Shown here: positions 1 through 8,969 of the stretch, piece after piece
Layout of the letters: each line of letters starts with the position of its first letter
Position numbering within the stretch: position 1 is the first letter of the stretch
Source: Candidatus Altiarchaeales archaeon
GTDB lineage: Archaea > Altiarchaeota > Altiarchaeia > IMC4 > SCGC-AAA252-I15
Assembly: GCA_014727915.1 (NCBI GenBank)
Contig: WJMO01000005.1
Coordinates: forward strand, 384,001 to 448,000
Reading direction: 5' to 3'
Length of the DNA stretch: 64,000 nucleotides
Position numbers and translations under genes: made by a program
Notes under the pieces: generated by a model
The model's input: only the letters and a program-made list of their open reading frames with translations
Databases searched by the model: none
Told to the model about the DNA's origin: nothing

Positions 1-520
1 TGCTCCGGTCCTTTATCGCATCTGTGAAGTCCAGTCCAAGGACTGCTATGATCCCCCCTGCCATGTACTCTCCACAGTACTGTTTCACGCTGCCGCCGTA
101 TACTATGGTGGGCACGTTCTCCTTGAACTCCTTCATGTGTATGCCGATCCTGGATCCGCCGTTGCCCATTATGTATATCTCGCCGCCGCGGGCGCCCATG
201 CCCGTAATGTCCCATGAGTCCCCGTAGACGATTATCTCCCCCTTGTTCAGCGTGTTCCCGAGGAGGTATTCGCTGCATCCGTGGACTATCACCTTCGGGC
301 CTTCCATGAACACCCCCAAGTCCAAGCCCGCGTCGCCGAACAGTTCCAAGGTTATGTCCTTCTTTATCCCGGCTCCGATGAACCGCTGGCCGTTGACGTT
401 CTTGACCACGATGTGCTCCCAGCCGTCGGCTACCGCCCCCCGGATCCTCTTGTTCAACACCCGGTAGTCCATGTATTCGCCGTTCTCCCGCGCGTTTATT
501 ATGAACTTGTTCTCTGACAT
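1..520 (-). CDS. gltB3: Glutamate synthase GXGXG (GltB3-type) subunit, runs off the window edge
   Basis: Read manually on the minus strand from ATG at 520: MSENKFIINARENGEYMDYR..., with Gly-rich beta-helix repeats (GTPGNTLNKG, GMGARGGEIYI). Lies directly downstream of gltB2. Not in the ORF track because it is open at the edge. Confidence 0.8.
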   Translation of the reverse strand, partial: MSENKFIINARENGEYMDYRVLNKRIRGAVADGWEHIVVKNVNGQRFIGAGIKKDITLELFGDAGLDLGVFMEGPKVIVHGCSEYLLGNTLNKGEIIVYGDSWDITGMGARGGEIYIMGNGGSRIGIHMKEFKENVPTIVYGGSVKQYCGEYMAGGIIAVLGLDFTDAIKDRS

Positions 521-525
521 ATTCT

Positions 526-2055
526 TCACTCTCCCGCGTGCTTGACACCCAGTATCTGGGCCTCGTGGGGGTTGGGTCCGATGTACCTCAGCCTGCCCCT
601 GTTGCCTATGAAGGACTCGACCGCGTCGATGCCCATTATGCCCAATACCTCCTCCAATTCCGCGTGCCAGGCGTTGAACAGGTTCACAACCCTCTGGGTG
701 GCCCATTCCACGTCCACCCGCTTGCCCAGGTCCGGGCGTCCGGTGGCAATGCCCCAGCTGCACTGGCCCCTGTGGCACTGCTGGCATACGGTGCAGCCCA
801 TGGCCATCAGCACCGAAGTGGATATCATCCCGCAGTCCGCCCCCAAGGCGAGCATCTTGACCAGGTCCGCGGAGCTCCTCAGAGAACCGCCAGCGACCAA
901 TGTTACCTTGTGCCTGATGCCCTGGCGGGTCAGGTGCCGGTCCGTCGCGGCGACAGCCAGCTCTATGGGTATGCCCGTGTTGTCCCTCACAACCCTCGGT
1001 GCGGCTCCCGTGCCCCCGCGCAAACCGTCTATGGTGATGAAGTCCGCGTTCGCGTGCACTATCCCCGAGGCGATGGCAGGCGCGTTGTTGACGGCCGCGA
1101 TCTTCACACCCACAGGGACCTTGTAGTCTGTGGCCTCGTGCAATGCGGCTATCAGCGTTTTCAAGTCTTCAATTGAGTATATGTCGTGCTGTGGGTTGGG
1201 GCTCAAGGCGTCGGTACCCTCGGGTATGCCCCTGGTGTCGGCGATCATCTCGTTCACCTTCTCGCCTGGCAGCTGCCCTCCGTGTCCCGGCTTAGCGCCC
1301 TGCCCGATCTTGATTTCCAACGCCGCCACGTCCAGGTAGTCCGGCCCCACTCCGAAACGCCCGGATGCGACCTCGCTGACTATGTTGGCCTTGTAGGGTC
1401 TTAGGCTGACGTGCAGTCCGCCCTCTCCTGTCCCCATCAGCGTGCCCACCTTCTCGGCGGCCCGAATCATTGAGATGTAGGCGTTGTATGACAGCGATCC
1501 CAGGCTCATGTGGCCTATGAACAATGGCATGGACATCCTGACGTTAGGGGGTATGTCCTCGACCTCGTAGCCTTTCTTCATGTCCTTGACGTCCAGCCGG
1601 TCGATCTTCTTCCCCAGGAATGTGACCGTCTCCACAGGCTCTCTCAGCGCGTCTATGGCCGGGTTGGTGACCTGGCATGCGTCCCATACGAGGTTGTCGA
1701 ACACGGACGGTTTAGGCTGGTCGCAGCCCATCCCCGTCAGCAATACCCTGCCGGTCCGGGCGTTCTCGTAGATCACTCTGTGGTAGTATGTGGTCCAGTT
1801 CGCGTGGGGTGAATAGGTTCCCGGGTGGTTCCGGACGGTTATCGCGTCCACGGGGCAGAATACGGTGCACCTCTGGCATGCGACGCAGTTGCTGTCCTTT
1901 GAAACATAGGGTTTCTTCTCGTCTTTATCCCATTTTATGCAGTCGTAGGTGCAGTTCACAGCGCAACGCCTGCACTTGGTGCACTTGTCCAGGTCTATGT
2001 CGACCTTGAACTTGGCTAGCATAGTGTCCTGTATGGTCTTCAACTCATGGTTCAT
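526..2055 (-). CDS. gltB2: Archaeal glutamate synthase FMN-binding subunit with N-terminal 2x[4Fe-4S] ferredoxin domain
   Basis: CTKCRRCAVNC and CVACQRCTVFCP ferredoxin motifs; GTGEGG, EIKIGQGAKPGHGGQLP, HDIYSIEDL; CTVCQQCHRGQC [3Fe-4S] motif. Likely start is MNHELK at 2055, overlapping the gltB1 stop. Confidence 0.92.
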   Translation of the reverse strand: MNHELKTIQDTMLAKFKVDIDLDKCTKCRRCAVNCTYDCIKWDKDEKKPYVSKDSNCVACQRCTVFCPVDAITVRNHPGTYSPHANWTTYYHRVIYENARTGRVLLTGMGCDQPKPSVFDNLVWDACQVTNPAIDALREPVETVTFLGKKIDRLDVKDMKKGYEVEDIPPNVRMSMPLFIGHMSLGSLSYNAYISMIRAAEKVGTLMGTGEGGLHVSLRPYKANIVSEVASGRFGVGPDYLDVAALEIKIGQGAKPGHGGQLPGEKVNEMIADTRGIPEGTDALSPNPQHDIYSIEDLKTLIAALHEATDYKVPVGVKIAAVNNAPAIASGIVHANADFITIDGLRGGTGAAPRVVRDNTGIPIELAVAATDRHLTRQGIRHKVTLVAGGSLRSSADLVKMLALGADCGMISTSVLMAMGCTVCQQCHRGQCSWGIATGRPDLGKRVDVEWATQRVVNLFNAWHAELEEVLGIMGIDAVESFIGNRGRLRYIGPNPHEAQILGVKHAGE

Positions 2056-3182
2056 CCTAGGTTCACCCCCTCGAACACTTCCCCGGTCCCGCGGGTCTTG
2101 ATGCCCTCCTTTGACACTATGACCGGCACGCCCGGGTTGGGCTGCCAGTAGTCGCCAGTGTCGCATACGGTGCGTATCGAAGACAGCTCGCTGGCGCAGT
2201 AGAACGTGTTGCTGTCCCCGTCGTATGCGGCGATCATGGGCCTCAGCTTCTTCCGGTCCGTGTGGGCTATCATCGTCGGCTCCGGGTCGTCCGTAGTTAT
2301 CACGATCGAGAAGGGGCCGTTGGCCAGTGCGCTCCGGTAGGTCTGCCTTATGTAATTCATCCACCGCTTTCTCTCGGGACTCATGAGGTTGATGTCCCTC
2401 CAGTAGGGGGGTGCTATGGCGGTGGTCGCTATCTGGTGGACTATCCCCTTCGGGTATCCGCTCCTCCGTATTATGTAATCTACTATGTAGGCGAGGACTT
2501 CAGTGTCCGTCCTCAGCATGCACTGGTATCCCCGTTCTTCGAGGTAGTTTACGTTCGTCCCGTAGGATGTGATCTCTCCGTTGTGGACGACCGAGGTTCC
2601 GAGTATGTTGAATGGGTGAGCGCCGCCCCACCACCCCGGCGTGTTGGTGGGGAACCTGGAGTGGGCGCTCCACATGAACGCTTTCATCTCGTCTATCCTG
2701 TAGAATTCGGCTATGTCCGCGGCCCAGCCGTTTCCTTTGAACACGGCCATGTTCTTGCCGCTGCTCATGCAGAAGGCCCCGTCAATGGTGGAGTTCACGT
2801 GCATGACAACGTCCTTGATGTGCTCGTCGGCGTCCTCCCTCTTGGTGTTCACGAAGAACCTCCATATCTGCGGAGGTTCCCTTATCCTCTCCGTCTCCCT
2901 TATGGGGACTTCCTCGTCGAAGATCACGTCCGTGTGGGCGTTTAGGTACTCCTCCACCCTCTGTTTAGTGGGTGCCTTACCCGGCACTTCTTCGAGTATG
3001 AGCTGTATGCAGTAGTCGTCCTCGTGCTTTGGGAATATGCCGTGGGCTGCGAAACCCGCTCCCAGACCGTTCTCCCGTTCCTTCTGGAGGCGTATCATGT
3101 CCGCTATCTGCTTCCCCTCCACGGGCTTCCCGTCTATGTTGAACAGTGCCGCTATCCCGCACGCGTCATATACTCGGTTCAT
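2052..3182 (-). CDS. gltB1: Glutamate synthase class II glutamine amidotransferase subunit
   Basis: DACGIAA Ntn Cys after a short propeptide; AHSRFPTNTPGWWGGAHPF, HNGEI, TDTEV, LANGPF. Start MNRVYD at 3182 overlaps the upstream stop (ATGA). Confidence 0.9.
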   Translation of the reverse strand: MNRVYDACGIAALFNIDGKPVEGKQIADMIRLQKERENGLGAGFAAHGIFPKHEDDYCIQLILEEVPGKAPTKQRVEEYLNAHTDVIFDEEVPIRETERIREPPQIWRFFVNTKREDADEHIKDVVMHVNSTIDGAFCMSSGKNMAVFKGNGWAADIAEFYRIDEMKAFMWSAHSRFPTNTPGWWGGAHPFNILGTSVVHNGEITSYGTNVNYLEERGYQCMLRTDTEVLAYIVDYIIRRSGYPKGIVHQIATTAIAPPYWRDINLMSPERKRWMNYIRQTYRSALANGPFSIVITTDDPEPTMIAHTDRKKLRPMIAAYDGDSNTFYCASELSSIRTVCDTGDYWQPNPGVPVIVSKEGIKTRGTGEVFEGVNLG

Positions 3183-4492
3183 TTTTTCTTCTTCTTGCTC
3201 TTTTCGATTATCCTGGTTATCTCCTCTGGGTCTGCCGGTTTCAACGGGTCCATCCCCAGGCGCCTCCTTATCATCTCGTTCTGTCGCATCCCGTATCCTG
3301 TGGACTTGATCATGTCCATCTTCATATGGATCACATCGGGTGCCTTGCCATTCTCCACCGCGACCTCCCTCAATTTCAGGAACAGGTCCTTCAAGCCTAT
3401 GTTGTTGGGGCATCTTGCCATGCACTTCCCGCATTGCAGGCAGTGCCATATGAGCGGGTTCTCTATGGCCTCGTCCAGCTTGCCTTCTTTCAGGAGGTCC
3501 ACGATCTCCAGCGGGTCGAAGGGCTTCCCCGTATCCTCTGTTATCTGGGCTTCCGTGCACTCCAGCCTGCATGCTTCGCAGTGGCTTATGAGGTCGTTGT
3601 AGTCGAAGTACTTCTTCACTTCCTCAAGTTTGGCTCCTTCCTCGTATTCGACACCGATTTTCTCGAGGGCTGGTTGCACGCTGGTCGCGTGCATCTTCAA
3701 TGCCATGTCCTCTGGACTTAACCCCAGTGCCAGTCCTATGAGCTCTGTGACGTAGAAGACGGGTATCGCGTGCTCTCTCATCTCCTTGGAGAGCCGGTCG
3801 AACTGCAGGAAGCATGTGGGGCATGCTGTGACCATGCAGTCCGCGTTCTCCTTTGCATGTGCCAGCTTGTTCTTCAGCAGCTTGTCCGCGTCTTCGCTGT
3901 TGAATGCTGCTATGGGTACTCCGCAGCAGTCCATCTTGTACGGGTAGTCGGCGGTTTCAGCCCCTAGTTTCCCGACGATCTCGTCGAGGGATGTCGGGGT
4001 GTCCGGGTGGTCGCTTTTGACTGCCTGGGGCCATAGGGCGTGGCATCCGTAGTGGACTGCGACCTTCAGGCCCTTCAGGGGCTTTTTCACCTGGCTGTTT
4101 ATGACGTTGATCTTGTTGTGTATGGCTTCTAGTATGTGTTCGACTTTCACGCTCTTCTCGTATCTCTCGGATTCCTTGAGCATGTCGTTTATGTGCTTTC
4201 GGGTGTCGGGGTATTCCAGTTCCCTGTGGGCTTTTTCGAATGTGTTGTAGCATCCGCTGCAGGCCACGAGGATGTGGTCTCCTGCGAGTGCCATGTTGCG
4301 CGCGCTTAGTGCGAGTGCTGCGTCGTGGTCGTATGCTTTCGCGGACACTGGGTCTGGGCAGCAGGTCCATCCGTCTATCTCGTCTGCTTGCAGTCCAATC
4401 TTTTCGAGGGCCTTGTTTGTTGTTAAGATCAGGTATGGTAGTGTGTTGCTTATGGTGCAACCCCAGTAGATCGATGTTTTTTTCAATTTCAC
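3179..4492 (-). CDS. Heterodisulfide reductase HdrB-like (two CCG domains) fused to a C-terminal HdrC-like Fe-S domain
   Basis: YWGC...WTCC...ACSGC and HYGCH...DCCG...ACPTC CCG motifs; C-terminal CEACRLEC and WHCLQCGKCMARCP. Confidence 0.85.
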   Translation of the reverse strand: MKLKKTSIYWGCTISNTLPYLILTTNKALEKIGLQADEIDGWTCCPDPVSAKAYDHDAALALSARNMALAGDHILVACSGCYNTFEKAHRELEYPDTRKHINDMLKESERYEKSVKVEHILEAIHNKINVINSQVKKPLKGLKVAVHYGCHALWPQAVKSDHPDTPTSLDEIVGKLGAETADYPYKMDCCGVPIAAFNSEDADKLLKNKLAHAKENADCMVTACPTCFLQFDRLSKEMREHAIPVFYVTELIGLALGLSPEDMALKMHATSVQPALEKIGVEYEEGAKLEEVKKYFDYNDLISHCEACRLECTEAQITEDTGKPFDPLEIVDLLKEGKLDEAIENPLIWHCLQCGKCMARCPNNIGLKDLFLKLREVAVENGKAPDVIHMKMDMIKSTGYGMRQNEMIRRRLGMDPLKPADPEEITRIIEKSKKKKK

Positions 4493-4719
4493 ACCAACCT
4501 AAATATGGCATTTATTATTTAAATATTTAATGATTTATGGTATAATGGTTTAATTATTAAACTAAATGCTTGTTTTAGGTGGTTAGAAATAATGTGTATT
4601 TTTATATGGAAAATGATTAAAATATTATAAATATTTTAAAAAATTATTGATTTCACAATATTTATATATCAATTGTAAATATCCCAACAACAAAAGAGGT
4701 TTAAGGGTTAAATTTAAAA
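4493..4719. promoter_or_regulatory. AT-rich divergent promoter region between the hdrBC-glt operon and the Lrp gene
   Basis: About 230 nt of very AT-rich sequence with TATA-like elements (TTTATATA) and AT palindromes such as GTTTAATTATTAAAC. Confidence 0.6.
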
Positions 4720-5259
4720 GTGAAAAACAGGCTTTCCGATAATGAGAAGCGGGTTCTGACCTGCCTCATAAAAGACGGCCGGACCACATGCACGGAGATG
4801 GCCAGGGAACTGGGCATAACCAGCCAGGCTGTGGGGAAGATCAAGGAGAAGCTGGAACGGGAGGGGTTCATAAGCGGGTATACCGCGGTCGTCGACCAGG
4901 AACAGCTGGGAATCACCGTGCTCGCCATAGCGTTCTTCAGGTTCAAGTCCGGAGCATGGACCAAGATGGAAGAGAAGGACATACTCGACAGGGTCAAGGG
5001 ACCCCACCTCATAAACGTCTACAGGGTCCCAGTCGGCGACGTCACCCACATGGTAGTCTACGGATTCCGGAACATAAAGGAGATGGACAACTACTTCCAC
5101 CGCCTCCAGACCGAACGGGAGCACATAAGCGAACTCAAGAGCCTCTACGTCCTATCGACGGGGAGCGTCATGAAGGATTCACCGAACGAGCTCCTGCTGA
5201 AGATAATAGACGAGATGGGCCACGAGGAAATGGCAAGGCCCGAGACACCGTCAGCCTAG
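4720..5259 (+). CDS. Lrp/AsnC family transcriptional regulator
   Basis: N-terminal HTH (LIKDGRTTCTEMARELGITSQAVGKIKEKLEREGFISGYTAVVD) plus a RAM-like C-terminal domain. Confidence 0.88.
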   Translation: MKNRLSDNEKRVLTCLIKDGRTTCTEMARELGITSQAVGKIKEKLEREGFISGYTAVVDQEQLGITVLAIAFFRFKSGAWTKMEEKDILDRVKGPHLINVYRVPVGDVTHMVVYGFRNIKEMDNYFHRLQTEREHISELKSLYVLSTGSVMKDSPNELLLKIIDEMGHEEMARPETPSA

Positions 5260-6176
5260 CCCCAGTAGGGGTTCTTCACGTACTTGAACGCGTTCAAACC
5301 CGCGAGCCCTCCCTCGCCTATGGCCTGGGGTATCCTTATCCACTTGCCGACGATGTCGCCGGCCGCGAACACGCCCTCGATGCTCGTCCTCAGGTCGGAG
5401 TCGACGACGATCTTCTCCTGGTCGTTCAGCTCCACGCCGATCCTGTTGAGGAACTCCGTGTTGGCGGCGGTCCCAAGGCTGAACAGCACGTGATTCACCT
5501 CCCAGACCGTCTTCGAATCGTCCTTGTTGTTCAATAACGTGACCTTCTCCACCTTACCGTCTCCGTCGATGTCGAAGACCTCGGTGTTCCACAGCACGTT
5601 CACGCACTCGTCCTTCACGCACGCCACGTTCTTGTCCGTCGCCCGGAACGCGTCACGCCTGTGTATGATCGTAACATCCGCGCCGTTCCTCTTCAGCTCC
5701 ACCGCGCACTCCACGGCAGTGTCACCCCCGCCGACGACAATTATCCTCTGGCCATTGTACCTTGCAGGGTCGGGGAGGCAGAAGTTCACGCCTGACAGGT
5801 CCTCGCCCTTCACGCCCAGCTTCCGAGGCGAACCCAAACCCACGGCCAATATCACAGCAGAGCACGCGTATTCGCCCCGGTTGGTCTTCAACTTCAGGCC
5901 TTCCTTCAGCTTCTTCACGTCCGAGACGGTCTCGTTCTCGTTTATGTCCACGCCCTCCTTCAATGCGTGGTCTACCATCATCTTCGATACTTCAGCGCCG
6001 GTCTTCTCGTAGATGCCAAGGTAGTTGTCGACCTTCTTCCAAGGGTACTGGTTCGTCAGCGCCCCCCCGGCATTCCCTGATTCGACGACCAACGTCTTGA
6101 GCTTATAATATGCCGTCGTGATCGCGGCAGACAATCCTGCGGGCCCGCCCCCGACAATGACAACGTCGTAGTCCAT
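5256..6176 (-). CDS. Thioredoxin reductase-like FAD/NAD(P)H oxidoreductase lacking CxxC (possible ferredoxin-NADP reductase)
   Basis: GGGPAG, GGGDTA, HRRDAFRA, TSIEGVFAAGD; GVNFCLPD stands where TrxB has CxxC. Start MDYDVVIV at 6176. Confidence 0.8.
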   Translation of the reverse strand: MDYDVVIVGGGPAGLSAAITTAYYKLKTLVVESGNAGGALTNQYPWKKVDNYLGIYEKTGAEVSKMMVDHALKEGVDINENETVSDVKKLKEGLKLKTNRGEYACSAVILAVGLGSPRKLGVKGEDLSGVNFCLPDPARYNGQRIIVVGGGDTAVECAVELKRNGADVTIIHRRDAFRATDKNVACVKDECVNVLWNTEVFDIDGDGKVEKVTLLNNKDDSKTVWEVNHVLFSLGTAANTEFLNRIGVELNDQEKIVVDSDLRTSIEGVFAAGDIVGKWIRIPQAIGEGGLAGLNAFKYVKNPYWG

Positions 6177-6269
6177 TGTAACAGATAAGATGAAAGTCAC
6201 GGTATAAAAATCCTATTTTCACTGTGAAAACGTCCTGCTTATAATCTACTATCGGTAATATCTACCAAC

Positions 6270-8969
6270 GTGGCCTCGGAGAACTGGCATGCGCTGGACC
6301 TCAAGGGCGTATATGGTGGATTACAGTCTTCAGAGGGGGGTTTGACTTCTGATGAGGCGGGTGCGAGGCTGGCAAGGGACGGCCCCAACAAGCTCGCGGA
6401 GAAGAAGGGGATATCCCCCCTGCAGATACTAGCGGAGCAGTTCAAGGACTTCCTCATACTGCTGCTGATCGGCGCGGCGGTCATCAGCATCGTAGTGGGC
6501 GTGTACGAGCAGAGCGTCCAGGAGATGGTCGAAGCCTCTCTCATACTCGTCATAGTCCTCTTCATAGTCGTGGTCGGATTCTACCAGCAGTACAACGCGG
6601 AGAAGGAGCTGGAGGCGTTGAAGGAGCTTATGACGCCTCAGGCGGTCGTTCTAAGGGACGGGGCGAAGAAGAACGTCGACGCGGGCGACCTAGTAAAGGG
6701 GGACATAGTGTTCCTGGAGTCCGGGAGCAGGATACCCGCGGACCTCAGGGTCGTGGAGGCCATCGAGCTCAGGTGCGACGAGAGCTCCCTCACAGGCGAG
6801 AGCACGCCCGTGGACAAGCGGGAGGCTGAGGTCGAAGCCGACGCGCCTCTGGCTGACAGGGCCTGCATGCTCTACATGGGCACGAACGTCGTCTACGGCC
6901 GCGGCAAGGCGGTGGTCGTGGGCACGGGCATGGACACGGAGCTGGGGAAGATCGCAGGCCACCTCCAGGACATCAAGGACGAGCGGACGCCCCTCCAGGA
7001 CAGGCTGGACAGGCTGGGCAAGCAGATCGGCGTCGGCGTCATATTCCTCTGTGTGGTCGTCTTCGCGGCCGGGCTTCTGGCGGGGGACATGCCGTGGCTG
7101 GAGATGTTCATGGTAGCCATAGCCCTAGCCGTAGCGGCGGTGCCGGAGGGACTGCCGGGGGTGGTGATAGTCGCCCTCGCGTCGGGCACCAGGCGGATGG
7201 TCAAAGAGAACGCAATCATCCGGAAGCTCCCAGCCGTCGAGACCCTCGGGTCGACGACGGTAATATGCAGCGACAAGACCGGCACCCTCACAAAGAACGA
7301 GATGACAGTGAAGCGCATATGGGTTGACGGGAAGAGTGTTGAAGTGGAGGGTGAAGGGTACTCCCTAAAGGGCGGATTCAAGGGCGAAGTCGGCCCGGAC
7401 CTGAAGGAGCTGCTGAAGGCGGGCGCCCTCGTATGCGAGGCTACCGTCGACGAACGGGGCAACATCACCGGCGACCCCACCGAAGCCGCTATCGTGGTGG
7501 CTGCGGCCAAGAACGGGCTCAGACAGGAAGGGCTGAAGGCCGAATACGCTCAGGTGGATGAGGTCCCTTTCAGCAGCGAGCGCAAGCGGAAGTCGACAAT
7601 ACATGAGGGCCCGGAGGGTATGGTCGCGTATGGTCTGGGCGCGCCGGACGTGGTATTGGAGTCGTGCACGAAGCTGCTGAGGGGCGGCATGGAGGTCCCC
7701 CTTGCTGAGAAGGAAAGGGAGGGGATACTGGACGCCAACCAGGACTACGCCTCGAAGGCATACAGGGTGTTGGGCCTAACCAGGAGGAAGCTCACGAGAG
7801 GCTACGACCACGGTAGGGTCGAGGAGGGGATGACCTTCCTCGGGTTGGTGGCGATGATAGACCCGCCTAGGGAGGAGTCCCGGGAGTCCGTCGAACTCTG
7901 CAGGGAAGCGGGCATCAGGGTGGTCATGATAACCGGCGACCACAAGCTGACGGCCACCGCCATAGCCTCCGATTTGGGGATACACCATGAGGGTGACAAG
8001 GTGCTCACAGGCCCCGAGCTGGAGAAGACCAGCGACGAACAGCTGAGGGAGCTAGTGGGCGAGGTCTCCGTCTATGCCAGGGTCTCGCCGGTGCACAAGC
8101 TCAGGATAGTGGACGCGCTACAGTCCAAGGGTAACGTGGTCGCGATGACCGGCGACGGCGTCAACGACGCTCCTGCGCTGAAGAAGGCGGACATCGGCGT
8201 GGCCATGGGCATAACGGGGACGGACGTCAGCAAGGAGGCGTCGGACATGGTGCTGACCGACGACAACTTCAGCTCCATAGTCAAGGCCGTTGAAGAGGGG
8301 CGGGGCATCTACGACAACATACGGAAGTTCTTCGCCTACCTCATATCCGGTAACATAGGGGAGGTGGCGGTCGTGTTCCTCTCGTCGGTGATACCGGGGG
8401 TGCCGATCGCGCTGACGGCTTCGCAGATACTGATAATCAACCTTGTGACGGACGGGCTGCCCGCCCTCGCGTTGGGGGTGGACCCCTTCGAGCCCGGGGC
8501 CATGAAGAGGAAGCCACGCCCTCGGACGGAGCCACTACACCACGGCCTCTCACCCTTCATACTCTGGTATCCCCTGCTGATGATAATCGTGACCATGGGG
8601 TTGTTCCTATGGGTCTGGGACCCGGTGCGTGAGAACGTGTTCGAGGCGCAGACCACCGCATTCCTCAGCATAGCCTTCTTCGAGATGTACCAGGCCTACG
8701 CTAGCAGGAGCACCCGGTATCCCGCGTTCAGGGTGGGGCTTTTCAAGAACCGGTGGCTCGTGGCGGCGGTCACATTCTCGCTTCTCGTCCTGCTGTTCCT
8801 CTTGTACGTCCCCGTGGCGATACCCTTGACATCATTGAGTCTGCAGGAGCTCACGCATTCCGCGGCCCTGGAACCCGACATGTTCCTCACCGTGGCGGTT
8901 CTGTCGAGCATGGGCTTCATATACCTGGAGCTGCATAAGTGGTGGGACACCCGGGGCATGCGATTATGA
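6270..8969 (+). CDS. P-type ATPase, type IIA (Ca2+-transporting-like)
   Basis: TGES, PEGL, DKTGTLT, MITGDH and GDGVNDAPALK motifs; about 10 TM segments. Confidence 0.95.
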   Translation: MASENWHALDLKGVYGGLQSSEGGLTSDEAGARLARDGPNKLAEKKGISPLQILAEQFKDFLILLLIGAAVISIVVGVYEQSVQEMVEASLILVIVLFIVVVGFYQQYNAEKELEALKELMTPQAVVLRDGAKKNVDAGDLVKGDIVFLESGSRIPADLRVVEAIELRCDESSLTGESTPVDKREAEVEADAPLADRACMLYMGTNVVYGRGKAVVVGTGMDTELGKIAGHLQDIKDERTPLQDRLDRLGKQIGVGVIFLCVVVFAAGLLAGDMPWLEMFMVAIALAVAAVPEGLPGVVIVALASGTRRMVKENAIIRKLPAVETLGSTTVICSDKTGTLTKNEMTVKRIWVDGKSVEVEGEGYSLKGGFKGEVGPDLKELLKAGALVCEATVDERGNITGDPTEAAIVVAAAKNGLRQEGLKAEYAQVDEVPFSSERKRKSTIHEGPEGMVAYGLGAPDVVLESCTKLLRGGMEVPLAEKEREGILDANQDYASKAYRVLGLTRRKLTRGYDHGRVEEGMTFLGLVAMIDPPREESRESVELCREAGIRVVMITGDHKLTATAIASDLGIHHEGDKVLTGPELEKTSDEQLRELVGEVSVYARVSPVHKLRIVDALQSKGNVVAMTGDGVNDAPALKKADIGVAMGITGTDVSKEASDMVLTDDNFSSIVKAVEEGRGIYDNIRKFFAYLISGNIGEVAVVFLSSVIPGVPIALTASQILIINLVTDGLPALALGVDPFEPGAMKRKPRPRTEPLHHGLSPFILWYPLLMIIVTMGLFLWVWDPVRENVFEAQTTAFLSIAFFEMYQAYASRSTRYPAFRVGLFKNRWLVAAVTFSLLVLLFLLYVPVAIPLTSLSLQELTHSAALEPDMFLTVAVLSSMGFIYLELHKWWDTRGMRL

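Noticed and set aside
2056-2364. N-terminal extensions on the ORF-track calls 526..2364, 2052..3572, 49115..50419, 41227..42042 and 17554..18294
   Set aside because: They overlap upstream genes in other frames or non-coding DNA; downstream starts match the family N-termini and stop/start overlaps.
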